DNA from: Phoronis australis
Taxonomy: Eukaryota > Animalia > Phoronida
Direction of reading: 5' to 3'
Length of the DNA: 64,000 nucleotides
Assembly (NCBI GenBank): GCA_002633005.1
Contig: NMRA01000265.1
Span: 1-64,000 of the forward strand
In this document: in pieces, positions 27,385 through 39,558 of the stretch
Numbering within the stretch: position 1 is the first letter of the stretch
Layout: the number at the start of each line of letters is the position of its first letter
Notes under the pieces: model-generated
What the model was told of the DNA's origin: nothing
Seen by the model: the letters and a program-made list of their open reading frames with translations, nothing else
Database searches by the model: none
Translations under genes and position numbers: made by a program

Positions 27385-28290
27385 CACCACCATCTTCATC
27401 ATCATAACCATCATCATAATGATAATTATCATCTCCATCATTATAGTAATCATCATTGTCATAATAATCATTATCATAATTTTCACCCGCAGTCCCCTGT
27501 TCCTCTCTCCCATCTTCATCATCATAGTAATCATCATTGTCATAATAATCATCATAATGATTATTATCATCTTCATCATCATAGTAATCATCATTGTCAT
27601 AATAATCAATATCATAATGATCATTATCATCTTCATCATCATAGTAATCATCATTGTCATATTAATCATTATCATAATGGTTATTATCATCTTTATCATC
27701 ATAGTAATCATCATTGTCAAAATAATCATTCTCATAATAATTATTATCATCTCCATCATCATAGTATTCATCATTGTCATAATACCCATTATCATAATGA
27801 TTCTGATCATCTCCATCATCATAGTAATCATCATTGTCATAATAATCATTATTGTAATGATTATTATCATATCCATCATCATAGTAATTTTCATGGGCAT
27901 AACAATCATCATCATAATGATTATTATCATCTCCATCATCATAGTAATCATCATTGTCTTAATAATCATTATCATAATGGTTATTATCATCTTCATCATC
28001 ATAGTAATCATCATTGTCATAATAATTATTATCATAATGGTTATTATCATCTTCATCATCATAGTAATCATCATTGTCATAATAATCATAATCATAATGA
28101 TTATCATCTCCATCATCATAGTAATCATCATTGTCATAATAATTATTATCATAATGGTTATTATCATCTTCATCATCATAGTAATCATCATTGTCATAAT
28201 AATCATAATCATAATGATTATTATCATCATCATCATAGTAATCATCATTGTCCTAATAATCATTATCATATTGATTATTATCATCTCCAT
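27385..28290. repeat. 60-bp minisatellite (about 14 units) built from ATC/ATT/ATA triplets
   Basis: Unit CTTCATCATCATAGTAATCATCATTGTCATAATAATCATTATCATAATGGTTATTATCAT. In the PHYHIP frame (-) it encodes DDNNHYDNDYYDNDDYYDDE. Confidence 0.95.
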
Positions 28291-29131
28291 CACCATCACA
28301 ACTTTCGTCCGCACTCCACTCATCCTCCTCCCTCTCATCTTCATCATCATAATGATGATGATGATCATTGTCGTTGTCACTTAAATCATTGTAATCTTTA
28401 AAATCATCGTCAGTGGTGCTAGGTGATTTCGAATATTGACAGTCGATGTTGCAAATAGGATAATGCTCATTCTTTGGAATTCCTGTTTGGGACGCGACGC
28501 CGGTGGAAAGAACAGTTACGAGTTCAGCTCCTTCATTCAATGCGTCCTTTAAGTAAATTTTTTCTGTGTAAAACAGCTCCACCCAAACTGATTTGGTAGC
28601 GTGCATCCTACCGGAAGTCGCTTGCTTGAGAAACGGATTGTCATATACGTCAAGGGAAACTAGATGATTGTCGCAAAAGAAATCTGCCTCTGAGTTCGGC
28701 TTCGTCATAACAACAGTAACATAATGAAGTCCATTATTTTTCAAACAATAATAGTCAGCAAAGTAGAGGTTGAACGCTTCTTTTGCAAACATCTCCGCTG
28801 GCAAAAGCAACCGTGTGTCTCCAAAGGGTGATTTCCAGGGAAGTTCTCCATTTTTGGCAAGCGGGCAATTTACTGAAAAGAATATTCCTTTTATTTGACC
28901 GTTGATAGGAGAATCTCCATTGAAATCTTTTAATCGCGTTTCAATGATGCCAGTTGTGGACAATATGTCATTAAATCTCTCTTTCGGTTGGTTTCTATAG
29001 AAATGGCTCACAGACTGCCACACTTTGTCACCACTTGGCACGTGCGCTTCTGTTATTTTGAGCAATTTCTGAACTTTTCCCTTCTCTTCCATTGTTTTCT
29101 GTAAAGGAAAATATGGCATTTTGGGTGACAT
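28253..29131 (-). CDS. PHYHIP/PHYHIPL-like C-terminal domain protein, copy 1, with acidic tail
   Basis: Family motifs FYRNQP, LKDFNG.SPING..KGIFFS, P.KSPFGD.R, NLYFADYYC, HYVTVV, DFFC..HL..LD..NPFL, VWVELFYTE. No FN3 domain. The real start is probably M at 29092, behind an acceptor-like TTTTCCTTTACAG (AG at 29100-29099). Confidence 0.88.
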   Translation of the reverse strand: MSPKMPYFPLQKTMEEKGKVQKLLKITEAHVPSGDKVWQSVSHFYRNQPKERFNDILSTTGIIETRLKDFNGDSPINGQIKGIFFSVNCPLAKNGELPWKSPFGDTRLLLPAEMFAKEAFNLYFADYYCLKNNGLHYVTVVMTKPNSEADFFCDNHLVSLDVYDNPFLKQATSGRMHATKSVWVELFYTEKIYLKDALNEGAELVTVLSTGVASQTGIPKNEHYPICNIDCQYSKSPSTTDDDFKDYNDLSDNDNDHHHHYDDEDEREEDEWSADESCDGDGDDNNQYDNDY

Positions 29132-29141
29132 TTTACCTTAC

Positions 29142-30480
29142 AGAATTTCCAAGAAATGGCATCAGCGGATTTCCCATTTGTTATCAACAAAGCATATGGG
29201 TCGAGTCGAGTATAATGCTATCTAATCGATTCACAGATTTCAAAGGTCCCTTGATGTTCCAATGTACCAAAGTTAGACAACAGAGTTTCAGAGCCGGAAA
29301 ACTGCACAAAAGTAAAGTCTGCTCTATCGAGCTCCTGCGCACTTGGTGTGGGGACAATTTAATTGAACCACACGTTCAAAAGAGAAATCTCATCAAGTCA
29401 TCCATTTCTCATTTCAACAAAATAAGAACAGGTACAATATCTGATTGATTTGATCAACAAGTCAACTGGGCAGTCTTAAAAGCATTGTTTACCCCCGGCC
29501 AAAACAGTGCACAGAGTCTTTTATCAACACAACTGATTCTCATAAAAACCGAATTGTAAAAATGGTTGATAGAAAACTACAAGCATATTTATAGGTAGGC
29601 CTACTTACAAAATGAGAGCGCACAAGTAGAGAAATCACTGGCTTTGGTCAGGAGAGGCGGAATCAGTTTCAAACACAAGAAAAAATGTCTGCGCACTTGA
29701 TAATAAAGTTGTGCATCATCAAATTTCCTCAGTTCTGGCATTTTACAAAATTTCTTCTCAGGCGTCTTTGCTGTTCCGAAGCGTCGCGTTCTTAACCTTT
29801 AACTGATTTGATTGAAATTCGTTATAATTTTTAATGTTTTATTATGGAAATATAACTTAAATGAAATATAAAATTATAAATTGATATAAGCGTAGATAAA
29901 TACGCATTATGTAGGCGCGTACATATAAAAATACACACACGAGACACAAAATCCGTTGAACACACCACAAATTTCCTTAGTCACTGATCTTTCTTTCGCT
30001 TCTCTCATACTTCCGAAACTGTGATCGACATCCCAAAAGGCAATGGTAAACCAGTTGACCAGCTGACAACCTAACCGTTCTACCATTGCCCTTTGGGATG
30101 TCGATCGCTATTCCGGAAGTATATTGAGAGATACGTGAGAAAGATAATCAATAAAAACGTTCTGTGCTCAACGGACTACGTCTCAGAAAGTGCTACCCAA
30201 TGAAAATACATAAACACATACATATATAAATACAAAAATACCAAGAATTATTGATATATATATATATATATACAAGAATACTACGATTACAAATAAAATT
30301 CATTTTAATAGTTGTGATTTTGAAACGAATGAAATAAAAAACAGAAAGGAATGTGAACTATGGTATCTAAGATAATGGAAATTGTTTTTGAATGTAGAGT
30401 GAAATTTTCCATAAAAAACTTGCAGAAATTTTCCCATTTCATAAAACTTGTACGTTTCACTGACCATCCCGTCATACTTT
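29142..30480. repeat. 5' flank of copy 1, paralogous to 42863-43142 and about 44670-45710; includes a hairpin element (about 30008-30122, copy about 45248-45363)
   Basis: Shared strings include GAATTTCCAAGAAATGGCATC, CAACTGGGCAGTCTTAAAAGCATT, AAAAATGGTTGATAGAAAACTAC and GAGAAATCACTGGCTTTGGTCAGGAGAGG. The hairpin is GATCGACATCCCAAAAGGCAATGGTA / TACCATTGCCCTTTGGGATGTCGATC. Confidence 0.88.
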
Positions 30481-32019
30481 TAGTATAGTGCAGGTTGAAA
30501 GCATAGAGTACAATTTTAATCTATCCAAAACCGAATTAATCATAATCTAATCGTTTTGTGTTTTTTTGGCTTTCAAACTTAACGAATGGACTCTCCTAAT
30601 TGCAAAAAACAGGGAAAAGCCAGCCGAGCTAACGGCCCATCTCATTGGTCCTGCAAGTCAGCGCTTATTCTATGTTCAAATCTAGTCGGGCTTGTGTAGA
30701 CTGTGTCCATGGGGCTATGGGTCGTGGGTCGAGGGTCCTAGATCGCAGGGGTTGTGGGGTGTGGGGGTCAAGAGGCTTTCGGAACAATCCGTAACTTTGT
30801 CCCAGCTAGACATTTCCCGTTCATGTCACGGTGTGTTTTATTGCGTGATGGTGATATTTTGACATAAATCGAAACTTTATTGTTTAAGATGGTTACATAT
30901 CTCAATGTGTTGTTTCTGTAAAAGTGAAATTTTTTTTGTTGTCTGTGCAAATGCATATTTCGACCTCCGGCTTCGGACCCCTCTTGAAAGCAGTGGTGTT
31001 CGATGTTTCACTTTAACTAGTCGAGGTCGAGGAAAGTTCATCAAATTTAACTGAGTGAGCCCTTTGGAATTATCTATTGTCTAGACCTGCAGGATGAACT
31101 ATCACTGACATAAAATAACTAACCTTACTAGCCGATTCTAAAAATTTTGGGAATGCAGCAGTTTAATGGAGCGCCGGAGAGCGGCCCCTTGACAACTAGT
31201 TGTCTTGTCGGTTTCTAAGCAACTGAAAAATAGATGTTACGGTTCACGTGAGAAAAAAGTCGATGGATTGTGACGAAATTTCCAAGAGGTTTTGCCCATG
31301 TCATAAACCTTAGACGAGTGTAAGATTCTCTATACTCTACTGTCACTGGCGTCCATCATTAGCAGATGCTTGAGAGAAGAATAAGGCGTGCACAAACTTG
31401 ACATATGACATCCAGGGGCTACCCAGTCCATTGCCTTGAGGTCAATGGTCTTGGAACGGCAACAAATACAGACTAATCTATCAAGAGCTAGACTCTGCTG
31501 CAGTGAACACTTGACACTGCATTTAAAGTTACTTTTCCACAGTAGCTTGACGTGTATATGAATGTAATCAATACAACAGGACATGACAATATTTTTCATC
31601 TTATTCGTTGACCGTACAATAAATAAGTCTGACATTTCACTTTAATATAAGTAAACCAACAAGTCTTGATCACTGTTTGCCTGCATTCTATTCCAAAAAC
31701 AATGATACTGTAGCTGATTTGTAATTGAAGCGTTGATGTAACTTGGCTGCGGTTGAGCCTATAAACCAGTATCACATGCTTTTGTTTGCTGATCCACGTG
31801 CTGGTGGTAATTGACTAATTAAATGAATGTGTCCATGACTTCAGCACATTTTGATTTGATTATGTTGAGAGATGTTGTAGCGAAATGGATTTCATGTTAT
31901 GCAGGTTAAACTTTGGGTCTGAGAATCCATTCTCAGACTCCACGCTGGCTCTACTGTCCGATAAACCACATACGCACGAGGTTCTTGTTACGTTCTTGAC
32001 TGAAGCCTCTTGTTTCAGT

Positions 32020-32650
32020 TTTCACTCCTAGATACCCCTCAGTCCTTTTGTCGAACACCTTCTTTGCTCAGAAGACAGGAAAGGATGTAGTCACGATAGG
32101 CGACATAAATGTCATAGTACAAGACATAGTGACTTCGTGACCAGTACTTGTCAAATACTTTGAAGAGACACTGGAGTAATGAGTACTTATCGTCCCTCCA
32201 AACTAGACAGAAGTGGAAGAGGTCAAAAATGGAACGTCAAGATTGGAGGTATTGTGCTTCTAATTGACCGAGATATCCACTGTAACCGTTGGCTAATGGA
32301 TGTGATAACAAAAGTCCTAACTAGTGATGATGGCTAGTATAGGAAGATTGTCGCCCGTGTTTACAGAAATGGGAAGGTTGCTACGCCGTGCTCATTGAGA
32401 AGACATATTTATAGAGCTGTACAGTATCTCCTGAACTTTAGCCGTGTTAAGAACTTTAAAAGTGTTTGGATTATTGTGATATATCCTGTTAGGGATATCG
32501 GGCGGGGAGTGTGCCGCCTCCCAGCCGGCCGCTTCTTTACAGTTAGTTCCCTATTTGTGCCATAGGTTGAGCTATCTGCTTTGCCCACGCGGTGTCTCCA
32601 TTGCTGACTGCCGTCCGTTCCAACTTGTTTTTCGAATTGCATCTAATTAC
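32020..32650 (+). mobile_element. Degenerate BEL/Pao LTR retrotransposon fragment (integrase C-terminus, PPT, start of 3' LTR)
   Basis: Decayed peptide QYLSN..WSNEYLSSLQTRQKW..NVKIGGIVLLID..RWLMDVITKVLTSDDG*YRK (DUF5641-like) at about 32140-32380, followed by GGGCGGGGAG|TGT at 32500-32512. Absent from the paralogous block near 26515. Confidence 0.8.
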
Positions 32651-32757
32651 ACTGTAAGTTGTTTTATACACACGGACTTTAAAGTTTTTGAATAGATAAT
32701 TATTTTCAATTTATTTATTGAAAACACAGAAGCAATATACAACTGACATAGAGGAAG

Positions 32758-32775
32758 CGCACACACACACGCACG

Positions 32776-32821
<46 letters not shown>

Positions 32822-32828
32822 TACACAT
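32758..32828. repeat. (CA)n microsatellite
   Basis: Visible directly in the sequence. Confidence 0.95.
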
Positions 32829-33589
32829 CACTCACGCTCGCATATTTGTTGCCAACAGAATTAGATCCCTTGTGTACTTAAAACAAAAGCGCCAGAGATT
32901 TCCATCTATTGTTAATTTTTTTATTTTCACAATTTGTGAAATATAGACATGTTTCCATTTGAATATAGTAAAACATCTTTTTCTTGAACATTTCGATTGA
33001 GGGAGAAGCATTTCTGAGTCTATGGTGATAGATGTGATATTTTCCTAGACAGATGAGAAAAATCGATTGTATCGGAGTTGTGTAATTTGCCAAAGAAAAC
33101 TTCTTTAAGTACAGGCTGTGTTTTAGCAAATAACCAATGACTGTAATCCAGAAATTGTTGGTCGCAATACAATTCTAGTAGAGATGGATCATGTTTTCTG
33201 GCTCCTTTTTACAAAATATACAGAGATCTCATTGTTTGATTCCAATGCTGAAAAAAATGCATTTGTTTGCCACAATTCCGTGAAGGAATCTTGTAGATAA
33301 GTTACTAGCAGTACTCAGACGTAGTTTGCAGGTCGATTTTATTAGAGATATTCTTCGACGTACCTCTCTGGTAATGTCCCGCTCAAGTGTTTCTATTTTT
33401 CCCGGTAGATGGCACCACGTCTTCGCAAGGAGTATCTTTGCTCGTAGGTTGACTGATAGATCCAATTTAACGTTGTAGTGTGCGTGGTCAAAGTACCTTT
33501 TGTTTGGGTTGTGACTAGTTTTTGTTATTTCAGCTTTTTACCATCGAACAAATACAGAGACTGCTTTCAAGAGACATTACAATTATAGT

Positions 33590-33630
<41 letters not shown>

Positions 33631-33656
33631 CCATCATCATCACCATCATCACCATC

Positions 33657-35246
33657 TCAATAATTACCATGATAATAATCATAATCATCATCATCATCAT
33701 CATTATCAAAGCAACTACAAGGGTGAAACATATGATAATTATAACGATCTTCATCACCATAATCATGATCAGCACAATTATGAAGATAATGATGATGACA
33801 ATCAGGATGATGATCATGATAATGATGATGATGATGATGACGATGATGATAATCATCATCTTCATAATTGTTATAATAATCACTATCATAATCGATATCT
33901 ATATCCAGCTCTTTCTCCTCTCTCCCATCTCCATCATTATAGTCATTATCATTGTCATAATAATCATTATCATGATTTCCACTCGCAGTTCCCTCTTCTT
34001 CCCCTCTCCCATCTCCATCATCATCGTCATTATCATTGTCATGATAATCATTATCATGATTTCCACTCGCAGTTCCCTCTTCCTCCTCTCTCCCATCTCC
34101 ATCATCATCGTCATTATCATTGTCATAACAATCATTATCATGATTTCCACTCGCAGTTCCCTCTTCCTCCTCTCTCCCATCTCCATCATCATCGTCATTA
34201 TCATTGTCATAATAATCATTATCATGATTTCCACTCGCAGTTCCCTCTTCCTCCTCTCTCCCATCTCCATCATCATAGTCATTATCATTGTCATAATAAT
34301 CATTGTCATGACTTACACTCGCAGTCCCCTCTTCCTCCTCTCTCCCATCTACATCATCATCGTCATTATCATCCTCATGATGATGACGGTGATGACTATG
34401 GTGATCATCATCATTACGAGGATGATGATGACTATGGTGATCATCATAGTACTCCTCGTAATAATCATCTCCACATTCATCCTCTCCGTCCCCATCACCA
34501 TCATCATCATCATAATAATGATTATCTTCACTGGTCTCTGAATATGTTCCGGTATGCGCGTCAATGTTACATGTAGGACAATTCAAATTCTTTGGAATTG
34601 CAGTTTGGGAAGCCAGTCCACTGGAATTAGCAGTTACGAGTTCAGCTTCTTCACCTAACCCACCTGCAATGTCAATGTGTTCTGTGTAAAACAGCTCCAC
34701 CCAAACAGATTTGATAGCCATCCAACCGGAAGACGCTCGCTTAAGAAACGGATTGTCGTTTATATCGATTGAAACTAGATGAGCATCGCAAAAAATATCT
34801 CTGGCTGAGTTCGGTTTCGTCATAACAACAGTAACATGATGAGGTGCGTTGTCTTTCAAACAATAGAAGTCAGCAAAGTAGAGGTTATACTCTTCTTCTG
34901 CAAACATTTCCGCTGGCAAAAGCAATCGTGTGTCTCCAAAAGGTGGTTTCCAGGATAGTTCTTCCTTTTTGGCAAATGGGTTATTTACTGAAAAGTATGT
35001 CCCTTTTATTTGATCGTTGCTAGGAGAATCAAGATTCAAATCTTTTAGCTGCATTTCTGTGATGCCACTTGTGGACAAGATGAGATCAAACCCCTCTTTC
35101 GGTTGGTTTCTATAGAAATGGCTCACAGGCTGCCACACTTCGTCACCACTTAGCACGTGCGCTTCTGCTTTTTTGAACAATTCCTTAACTGTTTTCTTCT
35201 CTTCCATTGTTTTCTGCAAAGGAAAACATGGCATATTGGGTGACAT
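33657..35246 (-). CDS. PHYHIP-like C-terminal domain protein, copy 2, with about 290-aa Asp/Glu/His-rich repeat tail
   Basis: 529-aa ORF with the same motifs as copy 1 but more diverged (LKDLNLDSPSND, KPPFGD, PHHVTVV). Probable start M at 35207. Confidence 0.85.
   Translation of the reverse strand: MSPNMPCFPLQKTMEEKKTVKELFKKAEAHVLSGDEVWQPVSHFYRNQPKEGFDLILSTSGITEMQLKDLNLDSPSNDQIKGTYFSVNNPFAKKEELSWKPPFGDTRLLLPAEMFAEEEYNLYFADFYCLKDNAPHHVTVVMTKPNSARDIFCDAHLVSIDINDNPFLKRASSGWMAIKSVWVELFYTEHIDIAGGLGEEAELVTANSSGLASQTAIPKNLNCPTCNIDAHTGTYSETSEDNHYYDDDDGDGDGEDECGDDYYEEYYDDHHSHHHPRNDDDHHSHHRHHHEDDNDDDDVDGREEEEGTASVSHDNDYYDNDNDYDDGDGREEEEGTASGNHDNDYYDNDNDDDDGDGREEEEGTASGNHDNDCYDNDNDDDDGDGREEEEGTASGNHDNDYHDNDNDDDDGDGRGEEEGTASGNHDNDYYDNDNDYNDGDGREEKELDIDIDYDSDYYNNYEDDDYHHRHHHHHHYHDHHPDCHHHYLHNCADHDYGDEDRYNYHMFHPCSCFDNDDDDDDYDYYHGNY
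33906..34370 (-). repeat. 84-bp coding tandem repeat (about 5 units; DGREEEEGTASGNHDNDYYDNDNDDDDG)
   Basis: CACTCGCAGT recurs every 84 bp (about 33980, 34064, 34148, 34232, 34316). Confidence 0.95.
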
Positions 35247-36187
35247 TTACCTTGCGTGCGGAAAGAATTGTGCTAGATTAGATCACTGTGAGGTAGCGGC
35301 CAAAACTAAATTAGAACGAACAGAGGCTTCACTTCGTGTGCAAGAAAAAATGCGCTTTGGAAAAAACTTGCTAGAAGAAGGACCTCCGACATTGGAGGCA
35401 TCTCATTCGTGGCTTGACAAAGATCAATTTCATATGATTCAATAAATGGCTTGTGCGTGTGTTTCACTCTCCAGAAACATACAAAGATTGAGCTCAGGGG
35501 TGTTCCGGATTACATAGCGACACCTGAATCTCGTTGTATTTACCGACAATGCCGTAAACATTCGTCAGGCACATTTGCTTTCTTATTTGCATGTCACTGG
35601 AGTTTCACATGTTACTTGTTGTTTTCTGATTCTTTACAAGTCACGTTTTCTCGGTTATATTCAAAGCAGAGACAAAGGACGATATGCCAACCCTCGTGCA
35701 GTTGAAAAGAACACAGAGTATAGAGCTGACTGGACAAACCACAAACATCTTTAGAAACAAATTAAAATTTCAAAGGTCACGAAGCATTGTACAGAGTTTA
35801 ACAGATACACAGTCGAAAGGCTTGGGAATCGAAAATTTAAAGTAAAAACAAGCATGTCACAGAGCTGGTTCTAATGTGACCTTTCCAATCTCGAGTTTGG
35901 ACGGGTTGCCAAACACGACCAAACTAATTTGTCGTGCACATTAATTTGAAAACTGTTTGGTGGAGTTTGGTGAAGAATAACCAATAAGCAAGCAGCTGAA
36001 ACCGTGTGATTGTCAGTGTTCAAAGTAACAGCCTCCGTAAAGAAAAGTTTGGCAGAGTTTGCTAGTATGGACTGGTTGCCAAACTCATAAATACATCACC
36101 AAACTCAGAGTTTGGTCGTGTTTGCAAACAAACAGAAGTTCGGCAGAGTTTTTCAGTGTGGACGCGCGTTTGCTCTTGATATCCTGT

Positions 36188-36339
36188 GGCCTGCGTTCAG
36201 TAACGCTAGGACCTACGCTAAGACCTAGCTAAAATCTAGACAAAGTCACGTGTTCTCATTTAAAATACACGGCAATATCTCACGAAATCTCGCGAAGTCT
36301 TGCGTTTTAGCGAGGTCCTAACGTTACTGAACGGGAGGC
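36188..36339. mobile_element. About 150-bp MITE (Harbinger-like termini)
   Basis: GGCCTGCGTTCAGTAACGCTAGGACCT pairs with AGGTCCTAACGTTACTGAACGGGAGGC. The paralogous block at 41585-42000 has the empty site (ATCCTG|GTCCATAC, about 41728). Confidence 0.75.
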
Positions 36340-39300
36340 TGGTCTATACAGCGTCACGCAAGGAACTTCCTGCCAATAAATAACACTTCTTTGTATAACG
36401 ATGTTCCACTCGATGCTGTACAATCTCACGTTTTTGTGTGTTTGAGCCACACACCTGTACGTTGACGCAGCGATAGCTTGCATAGCAACATTTTCTAGAC
36501 CATTTTGCCCACGTGAATACTTGACAGTGCCTCATTTATAGAGTGGAAAAAGGGCAACAGCAAGTAGCCCGTTCTGAGAAGGGAACCCATTATCAAGTGT
36601 CCTTAAATAAGAAAGGTTATGGCAACAAGTCTTTCATCTCGGGTACTTCTAGAGTGGCCCCTCAAGATCAAAGGATACGGTAACTATAAAAAGCAGGAAA
36701 GGAGCTGTCGCAAATCCCCTCGGAGCTGCTCCCCCCGGAAATGAGAGACAATTTTTGCTATCGTCGTGGTCCTTCTCTATCATGGGTCTCATTATTATAA
36801 TTTTCAAGAGAAACAAAAAAGACAATTCCTTCCATCATCAGTGGTCACTGGTCAGGGAAGGGCCCGGGGGTATGAATTCTCTAACAGTTGTGTTTTGTAT
36901 TAAATGAAAAAAATGACCGCAGCTCGAATTTTCTCGGATTTGAAAATACTTGCTTCTGATCTATCTGCCGACTCAAGTTGAAACACCTCATGGGCTTTAG
37001 TGTTTAAAAAAATAACCGCATACCCGCAACGTTTTAGCGACGTTCTTTCCTTTTTTTCAAAAGCTGTATAAACGCATCTAAGCTAGTTTCTGTAAACAAA
37101 TTGATTTAAGAACAGGCTTTAAAGATAACGTGCTGTTTTGATCGACCACCCTCCCCGCGGCGCCTTTGCGCCCTCCCTACCACCCCCCCGACTCCGGTAA
37201 GGTCGAAAGACGTACAAAAGTTTCACAGCTCGCTGAAGCATGAGAGAGAGAGAAAAGGACCCTGGCTCATTTCATGTGGCATCAGGTGTTTTCTTCAGTG
37301 CAGGCTTGGGTGGAGCACCTCATTTGGCTAGCCTGTAATTTTCTTCATTATTGCAGCTGGTGGCGTACACTGAGTATGTATGATATCTACCCCTAAACAG
37401 TATTATAGTACCCTTTCGTTTAGAGAGTTAGCACGATTAACTGCAGAAGAAAGCTATGACAGAGAGGACATGATTCTGTTTAATTAACAAAGATATTTCA
37501 GTAGAAGTTGGTAAACCGGTTAAAAGTGTGCAAAGCGGTAAATGTCTATGTATACACGGAATCCCTGTAGAAATATCAACAAATTTTTGATCGACAGATT
37601 TAAAAGTACACTCTGTAAACTCAGTTACTGTATACTAACTTTCAAACTGTAGTTTTCCAGAAAAAAATGATCAACTGGTATAATTTTACCTTTATTTAAA
37701 GCTGGTAACGTTTCGGTGGAGCAGACATGGACTTAGTATACCTATGACCAAATACACACACCAGACTTTATTACCGCGGAGGGGGAAGCCAAACGTCCCT
37801 GACGATCGCTTAATAGGTTACCCAAATTTGGCCCACATTTCAGAAAAACTAATCTCATGCAATGATAAACTTCTTTTCTTGACATGTTGGAAACTATTGA
37901 TAGTTGATGTTTGCAGACAACTACATCCCAACAAAATTAATGTCACATCTACAGATTTCAACTTACCGACACTTGCATCGATTGTTTCACCAAGTCGCCG
38001 GATTCACGGTGTTCTTTGGCTTGTGTGAGCAAGCTTTTTGCTTAAATGGATGACCCACTCTCTGTTGGGCCTGTCGGGTCTGTTACAACAAGTCAGAATT
38101 TCCAAGAAATGGGGTTCATGGAGTTCCATTTATCATCAACACAATTCTCATTGAATCGAGTATAATACTGCCTTATTGACGTTATAGATTTCACGTTGTA
38201 AGCAGTTTTGACTTAAGCCGTGTTTCAGAGCCTGAAAATTGCACAAAGGGAATTCTTCGCCCGCTCTGTAGAGCTACCACGAACTCGGTACGGTGGCCAT
38301 TCCACAAACTTAGGGCAAAAGAGAAGAAGCTCCTTCCACATTTCAGCAAAAGTATCTCAAGCTCTGCAGGGTCTCTGTTTGAAATCAACAGGGCTTTCAT
38401 TGAGTCAGTGAGACTATTTTGATAATTAAGTAGGTCAACTGGACCGTCATAAAAGCATTTTTGGCTCCCGGCCAAAATAGTACACAACCGCCTTTATCAA
38501 CACAATGAGCGATTCGATATTCATGAGGAATAAAAGTCCTTCTTTTTACCTTTGTATAGATTGAGAGCAGAAAGTAATTCCCCAGCATGGGGCCGTTCGT
38601 GTGATAAAGGACCCACGTGACGTGATTTGCTTGAATGCGGACATTTCTGTGGTAAGGTGGCTACGGCCTCGACCAATTTGCACTCGTACCGATTTTGCGT
38701 TTTTTCCCTTTTTTAGTCTACCTTGCTTTTCAGTAGAAGTGAACGGGTAAAATATACGATAATAAAATTTATGTGCTCAGCTGTAGGGCCTAGGACTATC
38801 ATGAAAAAATCACTCCCAGGTAGGGCTTGTATCCATTGACATGTGTTCTGATAGGCAAAGTCCTCTGAGAACTGTTCTGTGCCCCCATAAAAAGAAATGG
38901 TACCTCTGCTCCGAATGAAACTGCGTAGCAAACCAACATCGTTGCGTTCTTAGCTTTTGACTGATTTGATTGAAATTCGTTGTAAGTTTTAATGTTTATT
39001 ATGGAAAGTATAATTTACAACACATACAAAATATTTCATTGACACTTTTCATTATAATTGGCTATCTTCATTTCGTCACACACTCCATCCTGCAGTATCA
39101 ACGTCCCAAAGGGCAATGGCACAACAGTTGACAAGCAGACATAAGCAAGTGTTGTACCGTTTTGGAACTGATGAGAGAAACGATATAAATATTCATATGC
39201 TCACGTACGCGGAGCATATACACACGCACTCACACACTTATAATAGTGACAAGTATGAAACAGAAAATTTACATATACAAGAATATTACCAGACAATTCA

Positions 39301-39558
39301 CCGCAGTCTCAAGGGCTTACAAGTAACATCCGTGAAAAAGAAGTGATGAAATAACAAATGTCGCCATCAAACTGGACAGTCCGTTTGTTCCGCAACTTTG
39401 TTAGAAATCGACATCAAGCTTAAGTTTTTAGTCTGTTGTTAAACATTTCTGACAGGGAGGAAACGGGTCAAACTCATGACTTTCCAAGTCCTGCTCTCCT
39501 CCGCCTCGTAATCATCCCCGTAACTATCACACCATCAGCTTCATCCTCCTCCTCCAGC

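Noticed and set aside
27346-28384. Ile/Met-rich ORFs (27346-28380 -, 27356-28384 +) that look like membrane proteins
   Set aside because: Alternate-frame translations of the ATC/GAT minisatellite.
33522-34564. Ile/Met-rich ORFs overlapping the copy 2 tail
   Set aside because: Shadow frames of the Asp-rich repeat in the PHYHIP-like CDS.
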